Shown here: piece after piece, positions 39,938-49,774 of the stretch
Numbering within the stretch: the stretch's first letter is position 1
Layout of the letters: every line of letters starts with the position of its first letter
Source: an uncultured Thermococci archaeon
GTDB lineage: Archaea; CAYQAE01; CAYVLA01
Assembly: GCA_964549615.1 (NCBI GenBank)
Contig: CAZJVP010000099.1
Span: 88,004 to 152,003 of the forward strand
Reading direction: 5' to 3'
DNA length: 64,000 nt
The notes under the pieces: model-generated
The model's input: the letters and a program-made list of their open reading frames with translations, nothing else
Database searches by the model: none
Told to the model about the DNA's origin: nothing
Position numbers and translations under genes: made by a program

Positions 39938-41404
39938 TCAACTGCCTGGGCCGTAGATCCAAAAATCCCCTGACTTGTTTAGCAAGGTGTAGTTCTCCCG
40001 CATAGCTTCTGCCGCCTGGGCGGTGAACCTGCCGCTGGGCTGGCCTTCAAGGTCGAATCTGAGCACTATGAGGGAGAAGGCCTTGGCCTCGATGTCGCGG
40101 ATCAGCGTTGACTGATCCCAAAGGCCCTGCTTTGCCAGCTGGGTCATTATCCATGGATCGAGGACGATGCTCTTGCCGTTCACCACCAGAAGGCCGGTGT
40201 CCTCGGATATGATCATCCCGCTGGCGTTGCGTATGTACCCCGAGACCTCAAGACAGGCATCCCGCTCGGCCTCGGGCGGGGGAAGGGGCGGGTTGGCGTA
40301 GGCGACAAGCTGGAAGAGCAGAAGCGTTGCGACTAGCATTGAGGCCGCGCTGCGGGCCTCCATCCCATCCTTTCCGGCCTGCATCTCGGTCTCAAGTCCG
40401 TTCACAAGGAGCCCTGTCAGGATGCAGGAGGCGGCGATCACTTCAAGGAAGTAGTTGACGCTTGACCCCACCTTTCCCGCCGTGAGGGCGATCAGACCCG
40501 AGAGGATGAAGTAGTTCACGATGAGGGAGTTGCGCCGTCTAGACAGGGCGTAGATGGTGTAGGTGGTTGCCAAGACCAGGAATGCGGGGTGGGACCGAGC
40601 GAACTTGAGGTACTGTTGGAGGGCCCGGATGGGGATGAATGTGGTCGCCGTGTACTTGACGATGTGGAGGTAGAACTGGCCCGATGTGGCCGCGTTCAGG
40701 GCAAGGAAGGTCAGCGCACTGCTTGCAAGCAGCGAGGCGATCATGATCGTGGCCCTCCTCCTATCCCTTCCAAGAAGGTACGCGAAGGTGGAGAGGGGGG
40801 CGGCGATGAGCGACTGCCGCGCGTAGAGGGAGAGGAGGAACATGGGCGTGGCGAGGAGGACCCTGTCGGTTCCCTCGTACCTTATTACCAGGGCAAGCCC
40901 CGCGAGGCTGAGAAGCAGACCGAGCATGTCAACCCTGTATAGGACGCTCCAGTAGGCCACCCCGGCCGCCGCGGGGAAGAGAAGGGCGGCGATCGCCCCG
41001 TAGCATTTCCTCCCGGTCTGGGCCGCCGCCATGACGCCGACGAGGAGTGAAACCAGCATTGCAGAAACGACCGATATCGTCCTACCGCCCCAGAAGGAGA
41101 CCCCCGATGCCCGGACCAAGAAGCTGCAGAGCAGGTCGTAGACCGGGGGGTAGTTGTCGACCTTGTACGGGTAATGGTCTATGGCCGGGTATATGGTCCT
41201 TCCCTCGGCCAACTCCCGTGCCCGATCAAGGTGGGCGCCTTCGCCGTAGTCGATCTGGTAGGGGTAGGCTATGCACCTGTAGGCCCCGGCGAGATACAGG
41301 GCAAGGTTGGCGCAGAGGCCCAAGATGACGACCAGCCACACGATCCTTGCCGGACCGAGCTTGATGAGCGAACAGGACTTGAAGCCCCACCAGCCAGGTA
41401 CCAT
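39938..41404 (-). CDS. GT-C-type multi-pass membrane glycosyltransferase-like protein
   Basis: YQIDYGEG loop, NYPPVY, GRTIS, RVDMLG; about 10 TM helices and a soluble C-terminal domain. Confidence 0.75.
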   Translation of the reverse strand: MVPGWWGFKSCSLIKLGPARIVWLVVILGLCANLALYLAGAYRCIAYPYQIDYGEGAHLDRARELAEGRTIYPAIDHYPYKVDNYPPVYDLLCSFLVRASGVSFWGGRTISVVSAMLVSLLVGVMAAAQTGRKCYGAIAALLFPAAAGVAYWSVLYRVDMLGLLLSLAGLALVIRYEGTDRVLLATPMFLLSLYARQSLIAAPLSTFAYLLGRDRRRATIMIASLLASSALTFLALNAATSGQFYLHIVKYTATTFIPIRALQQYLKFARSHPAFLVLATTYTIYALSRRRNSLIVNYFILSGLIALTAGKVGSSVNYFLEVIAASCILTGLLVNGLETEMQAGKDGMEARSAASMLVATLLLFQLVAYANPPLPPPEAERDACLEVSGYIRNASGMIISEDTGLLVVNGKSIVLDPWIMTQLAKQGLWDQSTLIRDIEAKAFSLIVLRFDLEGQPSGRFTAQAAEAMRENYTLLNKSGDFWIYGPGS

Positions 41405-41751
41405 CCTAACCGTCGACCACCAATTCCCTTAAAGGCAATTGTCACATTGGAGCAGGTGCTTTAAACAATCGACCCCTTGGCCTCCACCCGGGCCCACCGG
41501 CTCCACACGCCGTCCGGGCCGGCCCTGGCCGTCGCCGTAGTCCCGCCATTTTCTCACACCCTTCGAAGCCGCGGCATCGCTCGGCACCCCGTCGCACCCA
41601 CGCTACAGTCCTGCTGATCGGTTCAAGCCCGCCCCATGAAGCCGCCGAGACCGCAAAGCACGACGGCTCCCATCTTATGCCAGGGTTGCGGAGAGTGTGA
41701 AAGGGTTGGCATTGCAAGCTTTTTCATCCACAGAGCGAAACGGGGGCCACG

Positions 41752-42976
41752 ATGCCTCGGAATTTCTTCGACCCAGCCGTGGAGAAGGCACCGCCGCGCA
41801 GGATCGAGCAGATCCAACTCAAGAGAGCAAGATGGACGCTTAGGCTTGCACGCCGATCGCCCCTCTACAGGCGCAAGCTGCCGCGCCAAATCCGGCTGAG
41901 GTCCCTGGACGACCTCGTGAAGTTTCCCCTAACGACCAAGGAGGAGCTGGGGGCCTCCTACCCCTTCGGCGCGGTTGCAACCCGGTTGGACAGGATCGCC
42001 TACTTCTGCGCCACATCCGGCACCACGGGAAAGCCGACCGCCGTGCACTTCACCGCCCGTGACCTTGAAAGGATCGCGCCCGCCCAGGCAAGAGGCTTCT
42101 ACGCGGCCGGGATAAGGCGGGGGGGATAGAGCCCAGCTCATCGTCCACCCCGCCATGGGGCTCCTCTTCGAAAACGCCCTGCACAGAATCGGGGCCATGA
42201 CGGCCCTCACCGGGCCGGGAAACCACCTCGGGCAGATCGCCCTCATCAAGGACCTAGGGATGACCGTCGTGGCCGGGGTGCCGTCCTACCTCCTCTACCT
42301 TGGACAGTTTGACCCGCGCAGCGCCGCCTCGGTAAAGAGGGTGGTGACCTTGGGAGAACCCTTGAACGGTGCGATGCGCCCCAAGATCGAGGATCTCTGG
42401 GGCGCGAAGGTGTACGACGACTACGGCTCGGTCGAGTTCGGGGCCGGGTTCCTCGAGTGCGCCCAGCACGACGGCCACCACATCTTCTGGGACCACTTCC
42501 TGATCGAGACCATCGACCCCCAAGGAGAACGAACGGACGGAACCGGAGAACTCGTATTCACCACGCTGATGCGCGAGGGAACCCCGCTGCTGCGATACCG
42601 CACCGGAGACATGGCGAGGGTGGAGTATGACCGACGCGGGTGCGGCCGGACGCATCCCCGAGTTTACGTCGAGGGACGGCTCGGCGAGATGGTCAAGGTG
42701 AAGGGGACGTCGGTATATCCCTCCGCGATACGCGAAGCCCTCACCTCCATCCCGCAGGTGCTCAACTTTCAGGCCATCGTCGCAAGGGAGGGAGGGCTTG
42801 ACGTGCTCACCATCAAAGCGGAGGCTAGAGGGACATGCCGGGAGCTAGCAGGGAGAATCGCCCATGCAGTCAAGGCCGCAATCAACGTCACGCCGCGGGT
42901 CGAGTTTGTCCCAGAGGGAACGCTTCTAGACGAGAGGAAGACCAAGCAGTTCATCGACATGCGCACTGCTGACTAG
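41752..42976 (+). pseudogene. Phenylacetate-CoA ligase/F390 synthetase-family adenylating enzyme split by a +1 frameshift in a G7 tract
   Basis: TSGTTGKP in ORF 41752..42129; YGSVE, PLLRYRTGD and GRLGEMVKVKG in the next frame. Removing one G from 42119-42125 restores GIRRGDRAQL. Confidence 0.8.
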
Positions 42977-43213
42977 GATGGAAACTGCGAAGCCCAACAC
43001 CGATGCATGCCCTCGATGGGTCCGAACCCTGTGCCCCTACGCAATGGCGAGGCTGGGCAGCTTGCCCTCAGGGTCCTGCACATCCCGTCGAATGACACGA
43101 AGATCACACGGCTGCCATCCCGCGTGCCATGGCGCGAGGCCTCGCATCCCAACGCTTCCATAGCGTCGGATCTGGTCTTCGGCCGTGGGCAACGTCAGAG
43201 ATCCCTCCGCCGC

Positions 43214-43546
43214 CTACGCCCCGAGATCGGGGATCACCTGGATGCGCTTATCGCCCCGCTCTGCGGGCAGCTCACCGAACCCGGCCATCCTCACCTCAAA
43301 GGTTAGACCTATCCTGTTCTTCAGCTCGGTACCCACCGCTGCCCTGAGTTCGTCGGCGTAGGCTGTCTGGACGGAGGGACGAATCTCGCAGATCAGCAAC
43401 GGGCGCGACTTGCGTCGGACCTGGATGATGAAGTCTCCGGACAGCCCGGGAAAGGTCTTGATGCAGCGCTCGAGGACTGGCGGACCGAACAGCACCCCCT
43501 TAACCTTCACGGCGTCGTCCAACCGGCTTATGTCGCCCGAAATCAA
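43214..43546 (-). pseudogene. 3' remnant of a second phenylacetate-CoA ligase-like gene
   Basis: SRLDDAVKVKGVLFGP...LKNRIGLTFEV...GELP is the PaaK-type C-terminal domain only. Confidence 0.65.
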
Positions 43547-43603
43547 GGATCGCCATGAGAAGGTGCTTCACCTTTGCCGGATCACACTCGGCCGGAGCCA
43601 TGC

Positions 43604-43798
43604 CTAGAAGCTCCTGGGCGGCCCGATTGGCGGCTGCTCCTCCCTGCCAGCGATCAGGGCCCCCACAAACAGCAAGATGATGGCCCCAGCTGCGAATAGC
43701 CAGACCGCCCTCCGTACAAAGACGTACGAAACGGGCACCATCACTAGGAAGAACAGGAAGAGCACCGCCGTCAAGACGGCCTGCGCGTCCCCCGGCAC
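43604..43798 (-). CDS. Small two-TM membrane protein (hypothetical)
   Basis: 64 aa with two hydrophobic segments separated by RR; GTGAGG SD-like sequence upstream. Confidence 0.45.
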   Translation of the reverse strand: MPGDAQAVLTAVLFLFFLVMVPVSYVFVRRAVWLFAAGAIILLFVGALIAGREEQPPIGPPRSF

Positions 43799-44034
43799 GC
43801 CTCACAAGTATCGGCCAATCCTTATAATCCTTGCTCACCGAGTCATCGAGTAGCGCGAGCCCGGCGATTGGGTGGGCTTTGAAGTGGCACAACAGGTTGG
43901 ACCCTTCGATTGCTGGTCCTGTGGGAACAGCCGATGCGATCGGTGAGCAGCTAGACTTTTAGGAGCGCGGCTGCATTCGGCTTAAGGTGTGTCGGTTGCG
44001 CTCGATGGGCCTTGTGCATCTACATCTGCCCCGA

Positions 44035-45813
44035 ATGATCCGATCCAACCTTGGCCTGATCCTCATTGCCATGATTCTCCCGGCCTTCAGGATCTTCGCC
44101 ATCGCCTACGGCTTGATGATAGCTCCCCCGGGCCAGTTCGTTCCCCTCCTGGGCGATACATGGGGAGCCGCGGCGGTGATCCAACAGATCGACGCGGGCA
44201 GGGTCTTCCCCATGGGCGATCCGACCAACAAGACCAGCGCCCTCCTTGTCTACCCGCCTGGCTACTTCGTAGCTGTTGCAGCCATCTCCAGGACATCTGG
44301 CCTATCCGTCCCCTTCGCGATACAGGCCATGGGTCTCACCATAGACCTGCTCCTTGCCCTGGCTTTCTACCGCTTCGCCAGAACGTTTCTACCAAGGCAG
44401 GCAAGCCGGTACGCCCTGCTCTTCCTTCTGCTGCCGGGATCGCTCGTCTGGGTCAGGATCCTTCCACAACTCCTCAACCCGGATGTAATGTCCTCGGTGG
44501 CCTCCGGCATATTCTCGGGCTCCGCCAAGCTTGCAATGCCGCAAGCCGTGAAGGACCAGATCGCACGGGTGCTCTACTCCGGCCACGGGGCCCTCTACGA
44601 TGCCATGGGAATGGGCTACGAATGGCTGGCTCATTCCCTCGGGCTTATGGCCCTCGTGCTCTTTCTCTCATGGATTCGTTCCGGCGGCAGGGCGAAGCTC
44701 CTTGCCGCGGGCGCAATGCTGGGTCTTCTGAACCTCACCCATCCCTACGCCCTGTTGGGCTGGGATCTCCTGTGCGCCTCAGGCATCGCCGGCGCCGTGC
44801 TCACCAGGAGGTTAAGACAGGCAAAGGGCCTGCTGGCCATTGGGCTCATCGCCCTTGCCATCTCCTCCTTCTACACCGTCCCCGTCGCCTACTCCCTCGT
44901 CGCTGGCGGGTCGGCCCGCGGGGTTATGTCGGCGGTCTCCGGCGACCTCCCATGGGGGATGTATGACTCGAAGGGAAGCGTTAGGTTCCCGGGTCCTCTG
45001 GACCTATTCGAAGTCAGAGGGCTGAGCTTCATATTCGCCGTCCTAGGGCTTGTTCTGCTGTGGAGGCGCAGAACCCTTGGAACCTTCTGGCTGCCCATCG
45101 GATTGCTTGGGCTCGGATTCGTACTCGGACCGCTCCTCGTTTCCCTCGGGGTCAGAAACCAGGTTCTGGCCAGACAGGAAGCAATCCTCTCCATCGCCGC
45201 ACCGATTCCCGCCGCGCTCTTCCTGACCGAATCATTGCGCTGGCTGCGTGGCAGACCACGGCGCGGGTTGCGCACAGTCGCAAGTCTGGCGGCCCTAGCC
45301 ATCATAGTCCTTCTGGTCGTCCCCAAAGCCATAGGATTCGCGGCGTATACCCTCAGATGGATACCCAAGAAAGATGTCGTCGATCCCTCGACCTCCAGCA
45401 TGCTGCGCTGGCTTAAGACGATCCCGTCGGTGACCATCTACGCGGAAAGATCAAGGTCGGTGCTCATAGGGGCCCTCACCCACCACATCGTCCCGATGGG
45501 CTACGTCAGCACCTATACTGCCAAGACCTGGGACCAGATGGTGGCAGGCCTCAGAAACCAGTCACTCTTCTTCTCCAACTCAACGGGCTGGGACACGATG
45601 TCCCGTGCACTTCGTTACGAGGCGGCCGACCTCCTCCTCATCGACACCTCTGACCCTGCCCTTGCCCGGGGCAAGATCCAGATAATCTTCTCCAACTCAA
45701 GACACATCGTGTCGATCCGAAGCTACCAGCTCTACGATCTCTCGGGGCTGGATCTGAGGCTGGCAGGCCGCATCCCCCAGACCGGGCGGCACATCGCCCA
45801 GCGGAGTGCCTGA
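44035..45813 (+). CDS. Multi-pass membrane protein, GT-C/STT3-like topology
   Basis: GDTW loop, YPPGYF, THPY, about 12 TM segments and a soluble C-terminal domain (WLKT...IGALT). Confidence 0.65.
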   Translation: MIRSNLGLILIAMILPAFRIFAIAYGLMIAPPGQFVPLLGDTWGAAAVIQQIDAGRVFPMGDPTNKTSALLVYPPGYFVAVAAISRTSGLSVPFAIQAMGLTIDLLLALAFYRFARTFLPRQASRYALLFLLLPGSLVWVRILPQLLNPDVMSSVASGIFSGSAKLAMPQAVKDQIARVLYSGHGALYDAMGMGYEWLAHSLGLMALVLFLSWIRSGGRAKLLAAGAMLGLLNLTHPYALLGWDLLCASGIAGAVLTRRLRQAKGLLAIGLIALAISSFYTVPVAYSLVAGGSARGVMSAVSGDLPWGMYDSKGSVRFPGPLDLFEVRGLSFIFAVLGLVLLWRRRTLGTFWLPIGLLGLGFVLGPLLVSLGVRNQVLARQEAILSIAAPIPAALFLTESLRWLRGRPRRGLRTVASLAALAIIVLLVVPKAIGFAAYTLRWIPKKDVVDPSTSSMLRWLKTIPSVTIYAERSRSVLIGALTHHIVPMGYVSTYTAKTWDQMVAGLRNQSLFFSNSTGWDTMSRALRYEAADLLLIDTSDPALARGKIQIIFSNSRHIVSIRSYQLYDLSGLDLRLAGRIPQTGRHIAQRSA

Positions 45814-45969
45814 ACGATGGAACGATCAACCGGAGCAGGAGGCCAATAAGCTAGCCTCCCATTCAGGCGGGACGATGCCCACCCAGGGAGGAGAGGCTTT
45901 CGCCGCTAGCGCCAGAGGCGACACCTCCGGAATGCAGCCCGCCTCCTAGGTCGGGCCTCGCAGGAAAGT

Positions 45970-47007
45970 TCAGCCTCGCCTTTTAAGCATGGCAAGGCCC
46001 GCTAGGCCTGCGAGCCCGGCCAGCCCCAAGGCAGACGGCATCTCGGGTATCGGGGTGCCGGCGGGTCTCTCCTCAAACTCAATCTTTGAGGGATCGTTCG
46101 TGCCCAGGCCGAGGGCCGCGGCCTTGGAGATGTGGGGCGGGTTCTGCGGCACGTTGCTGTTATACCTGCGGATGATCTGCGTTCCGATGTAGTCGGTTGC
46201 CACCGGGTCAAGCCCGGCAAGGATGCCCACGTAGTCGGCGTAGGTGCCGACCTCAGGCCCCCCTGTTACCATCGGCTGTATCGCGTCGCAGATCGTCAGG
46301 CAATGCTTGTTGGAGATCGTTGGACAGGTGTTCACATCCGCGATGCCCTGATGAAGCCCGTAACCTCCGCCGTCGTGGACGGCGCCCCGGTCCTGTACCG
46401 TCCCGAGGTGGTTCTTCAGGCCTATGGTGACGTTGGCCCCGCTGTGGGTCTTGAGCTTGGGCACGTTGATGAGCACGTCCGCCTGGTCAAGCACTCTCGC
46501 AATCATGGCCGACTTAAGGCCCACGCCGGGCACGCTCTTTGGGACGTAGCCCGAGCTTGAATCCGTGAGCATTACGGCCTGGGCGCCCTGCGACTGGGCG
46601 GCCGAGGCGATCGCGTTCCAGCTCGGGGTCGCGCCCTCTATGGTGTGGTCGTAGACGGTCACGCTGGTTGCCCCGCCCAGCCTTGCGAGCATGACGACCT
46701 GGGCCACAACCTCGGGGCTCGTGTCGGCGGAGGCCACGCTCCAGCTGCCGTTCACCTTGATCGCCACCTTCCTTCCCGCCACGAACCTCTCAATGCCGCC
46801 GAGCTCCGCAACGCATTCCCCGACCATCTGGGCCACCGAGCCGTTCGTCCTAGCCACGACCGGCGTACGGGTTTGCTCCAATCCCTGGGCCGAGCCCAGT
46901 CGCGCCGAGGCCCGGCTTCCGCCGGCGATGAGGCCTGTGACGAGCGCGCCCGCCGCCGCTCCCCCCGCCAGGATGAAGTCCCGTCTGGAGAGCCCCTGTC
47001 TCGTCAT
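45970..47007 (-). CDS. Tat-exported DUF362-family protein with IPEMP-TM-KRR tail
   Basis: SRRDFI twin-arginine leader; ELGGIERFV.GRKVAIKVN, INVPKLKTH...TIGLKN..G, DPVATD, LGLGT; ends PIPEMPSALGLAGLAGLAGLAMLKRRG. Confidence 0.85.
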   Translation of the reverse strand: MTRQGLSRRDFILAGGAAAGALVTGLIAGGSRASARLGSAQGLEQTRTPVVARTNGSVAQMVGECVAELGGIERFVAGRKVAIKVNGSWSVASADTSPEVVAQVVMLARLGGATSVTVYDHTIEGATPSWNAIASAAQSQGAQAVMLTDSSSGYVPKSVPGVGLKSAMIARVLDQADVLINVPKLKTHSGANVTIGLKNHLGTVQDRGAVHDGGGYGLHQGIADVNTCPTISNKHCLTICDAIQPMVTGGPEVGTYADYVGILAGLDPVATDYIGTQIIRRYNSNVPQNPPHISKAAALGLGTNDPSKIEFEERPAGTPIPEMPSALGLAGLAGLAGLAMLKRRG

Positions 47008-47169
47008 GCGATCGGCTCGCCCTCGCGGGGGATCGCCCCTGATAAAGCTGTCCTGTCTTGCGGATAAAGGATGCGGCTATGGCGCCCTGAGGGCATGGAA
47101 AACCTTCCTGGAACGAACGGCGGGCAAGACAAGGTTTTGATAGCGTTCAAACGGAAGCCCCCTCCGGTC

Positions 47170-47823
47170 CTAGCGCTTGAGCCCCGCCCCTTCCGGCTGG
47201 ACCGACCTTTTGCGTGCACCAAGGCCCCTCTTGACGAGGAGGGCCGCCCCCAGCGCCACGCAGGCTGCAGCCAGGAGCATGCCAGCCACAAGGCCCAAAA
47301 GCCGCAACGTCTCGGACGCGATCGATCCGATGATGCGGAGGGACCTACCGAGGCCCGCCCTAATCTGGCCCGCCCAGTCCAGCAGGCCGGGAGACGACGG
47401 CCCAACCCCTATCCCGCTTCCCTCCTCGCCGGGCTCCCCAAACCCTTCCTCGACCGCCTCCGCCCGCCCGATCGCTAGCTCTATCCTGGTGGTTCCGGCC
47501 TGAAGCTCAACCTGTTTGCGCGCCGAAAGCCCACCCACCCTGGCCTCGACCACCACGGTGTCGCCGGTCTCAAGGAATGGAACGTCCCCTGTATCAAACA
47601 TCCCCCGCCCCCACATGAAGGGGGGCACCTCGGGCCCGTCCACCGGCACGGCCACCCAGAGCGCTTTGTCCAGGTCGGTTATGTTTATGATGGTCCCCGA
47701 GCCAACCGGCCTGTCGTAAAGTGTCACGGTCCCGGCCACGGCGTTGACGTCTAAGTCGGCCCACACACCCCCCATGAGGACAACCGCGGGGATGAGCAGG
47801 ACGACGAAGACTCCGGGCTTCAG
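47170..47823 (-). CDS. Secreted DLDVNAVAG-domain protein with C-terminal TM anchor (probable CTG start)
   Basis: CTG at 47823, behind a GGGGTGA SD, restores signal peptide KPGVFVVLLIPAVVLMGGVWA; domain homologous to the N-terminus of 52427..54808. Confidence 0.75.
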   Translation of the reverse strand: MKPGVFVVLLIPAVVLMGGVWADLDVNAVAGTVTLYDRPVGSGTIINITDLDKALWVAVPVDGPEVPPFMWGRGMFDTGDVPFLETGDTVVVEARVGGLSARKQVELQAGTTRIELAIGRAEAVEEGFGEPGEEGSGIGVGPSSPGLLDWAGQIRAGLGRSLRIIGSIASETLRLLGLVAGMLLAAACVALGAALLVKRGLGARKRSVQPEGAGLKR

Positions 47824-47827
47824 GCTC

Positions 47828-48760
47828 TCACCCCATGACGGTGAAGCTCGCGTCCTGGTCGCACTCTATGAAGTAGGCCGCGTTGGGCTGGAGGCTTGTG
47901 AAGGACGAGTCCGAGCTCCACCACAATCCCTGTTCGGGGAAGTACTGGACCGCCTTGTACTCGCCCGCAGAGCTCCTGCGCCAGATCTTCGATATGGGGT
48001 GGTAGGAGCCGGTCTGTGGGAATGCCTGGGATATCGGCGTCGCCGCGCCCACCCATCCCACGAGGTTTAATCCCTTCTTCAGTTGGATCACCCGGCTTTC
48101 GGAGCTTCTCGCCACCGCCACCTCGCACGGCGCCGAACACTCGATGAAGTAGGCCTCGCCGTGCCTGAGATAGGTGAAACTCGCATCAGCGCTCCACCAG
48201 CCCGCGCCCTCATAGTAGGATGCGGAGACGTAGGAGCCCGACGAGGTCCTCCTCCAGACGCGTCTTACGCCCGGTGCGGACGCGAAGGCCTCGGCAAATG
48301 TTCTGTCGGGACCGGGCCATGAGACGAGATTCAGGCCGCGATCCAAGAGAAGGTTGGTCGTTTCCCCCGACCCGGTGACCATGACCATCACGGGGCGCAC
48401 CAGCGATGTCGCGAGCGTGCCGCCCGTGAGGATCTCGATGGTCCCCTGGAACAGCCCCGAGGGCTGGTCGGCCGGCACCCGGTAGGTTAGATCTATCACC
48501 CTGCTCTCGCCTGGGGCAAGCTGGATCGTGGTGCTGGACGGGGTTATCATGGGGGCTGCTGAACCGTTGACAAGGATCCTCACGCTGGCCGTCTGGTCGC
48601 CCTCGTTCCAAATCCTAAGGTAGGAAGTCTTGCTTCCGCCTTTGGGGATCGTGAAGGACTGATCGGGCCCGGTAAGGGCTAACCCGCTCAGTGAGGCCGC
48701 CAAGCCGCATAGGCAGAAAAGAACGCCCGCCGCCATGATCACCGAAACGGCCCGAGCCAT
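47828..48760 (-). CDS. Secreted protein: Ig-like domain plus two tandem ~80-aa GLNLVxW/AYFIEC repeats
   Basis: Signal peptide from ATG 48760; LRIWNEGD...LAPGESRVI...GLFQGTIEI Ig domain; repeats GLNLVSW..WRR..WWS.D.SFT.L...AYFIEC. Confidence 0.8.
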   Translation of the reverse strand: MARAVSVIMAAGVLFCLCGLAASLSGLALTGPDQSFTIPKGGSKTSYLRIWNEGDQTASVRILVNGSAAPMITPSSTTIQLAPGESRVIDLTYRVPADQPSGLFQGTIEILTGGTLATSLVRPVMVMVTGSGETTNLLLDRGLNLVSWPGPDRTFAEAFASAPGVRRVWRRTSSGSYVSASYYEGAGWWSADASFTYLRHGEAYFIECSAPCEVAVARSSESRVIQLKKGLNLVGWVGAATPISQAFPQTGSYHPISKIWRRSSAGEYKAVQYFPEQGLWWSSDSSFTSLQPNAAYFIECDQDASFTVMG

Positions 48761-48770
48761 CAAGCCACCC

Positions 48771-49676
48771 CTACCTAGCATCGAAGATGAGATTGCCCTC
48801 GTAATCCTGGTCCTTGAAGGTCTCCGGTATCTTGATGAAGATGTAGAGGTCCATCTGGCCAGCACCCTCCAGCCGGTCTATGAAGACCTGGCGGGTAGAG
48901 GAGAGCGTGAGGATGGGACGGCCGCTCTCCGGAACTCCCGGCGACGGGTCGTCATCGACCATGAAGTCGTTCGGTGCAAGCTTGTATGCGGGGTCCTGCT
49001 TCCCGACGAAGGTGGTGCAGCGCACCCCGATCTGGATCTGCGTGTTGCAGGCGTAGGAAGCCCGAAGGCCGGTTGAGGCGACCTTTCCGGGCTGTCCGGA
49101 GACGGTTATCGACTGTGAGCTCAGGCCAAACGAGACGAAGGTCGTGACCGTCACGCTTGTGATGCGGCTTGAGGACTCGGCCTCGTCCTCGACGATCGCC
49201 ACTATGGTCCATGCGCTGGCTCGGGCCGACCTGTCCAACCGTGCCTTGAAGCGCCATGTCGCTTCCGCACCCGTCCTGTCGCTGGGCGCTTTGCAGCCCG
49301 CCTTGTCAAGCTGGGAGCCCGTGAAGCCATCCGAACTTGACCAGCGGAAGGTATAGTGATCGGTCAGCGAGTCCTGGGCGGATTGCGATGATTGGGCCGA
49401 GTACGCCACGATCGTGATCTCGAGTATGTCCGCCGCCGTGTTGTTGTCCCTACACCTCACATCGAGGGTGAATGCCACCCCCGGGTCTATGACGGAGGTT
49501 GTCGCGGACCGATCGTCAAGGATCGAGATCGATATCAGCTCCGGCTTCGCGTTCAGTATGTAGGCGATGATGGGTATCTCGATGCCCGAAGAGAGCGGAA
49601 CGAGCCCCATGATTAGGATCAAGAACAAGGCAAGCCCTGACGGTCCACGACCCATCGCCCGCCGACCCATCCGCAC
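48771..49676 (-). CDS. Secreted two-domain beta-sandwich protein
   Basis: Signal peptide; NAKP...DNNTAADI...WTIVAIVED Ig-like domain; C-terminal KIPETFKDQDYEGNLIFDAR. Confidence 0.75.
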   Translation of the reverse strand: MRMGRRAMGRGPSGLALFLILIMGLVPLSSGIEIPIIAYILNAKPELISISILDDRSATTSVIDPGVAFTLDVRCRDNNTAADILEITIVAYSAQSSQSAQDSLTDHYTFRWSSSDGFTGSQLDKAGCKAPSDRTGAEATWRFKARLDRSARASAWTIVAIVEDEAESSSRITSVTVTTFVSFGLSSQSITVSGQPGKVASTGLRASYACNTQIQIGVRCTTFVGKQDPAYKLAPNDFMVDDDPSPGVPESGRPILTLSSTRQVFIDRLEGAGQMDLYIFIKIPETFKDQDYEGNLIFDAR

Positions 49677-49774
49677 CGCCCTGCGCAGCCTTACTCCAGC
49701 GGATCGGACAAGCTGTATTAACTATTCCAAACGTCAGGGTGCCCACTCAGGGATTGTCGCAACGTTGGTTGAGA

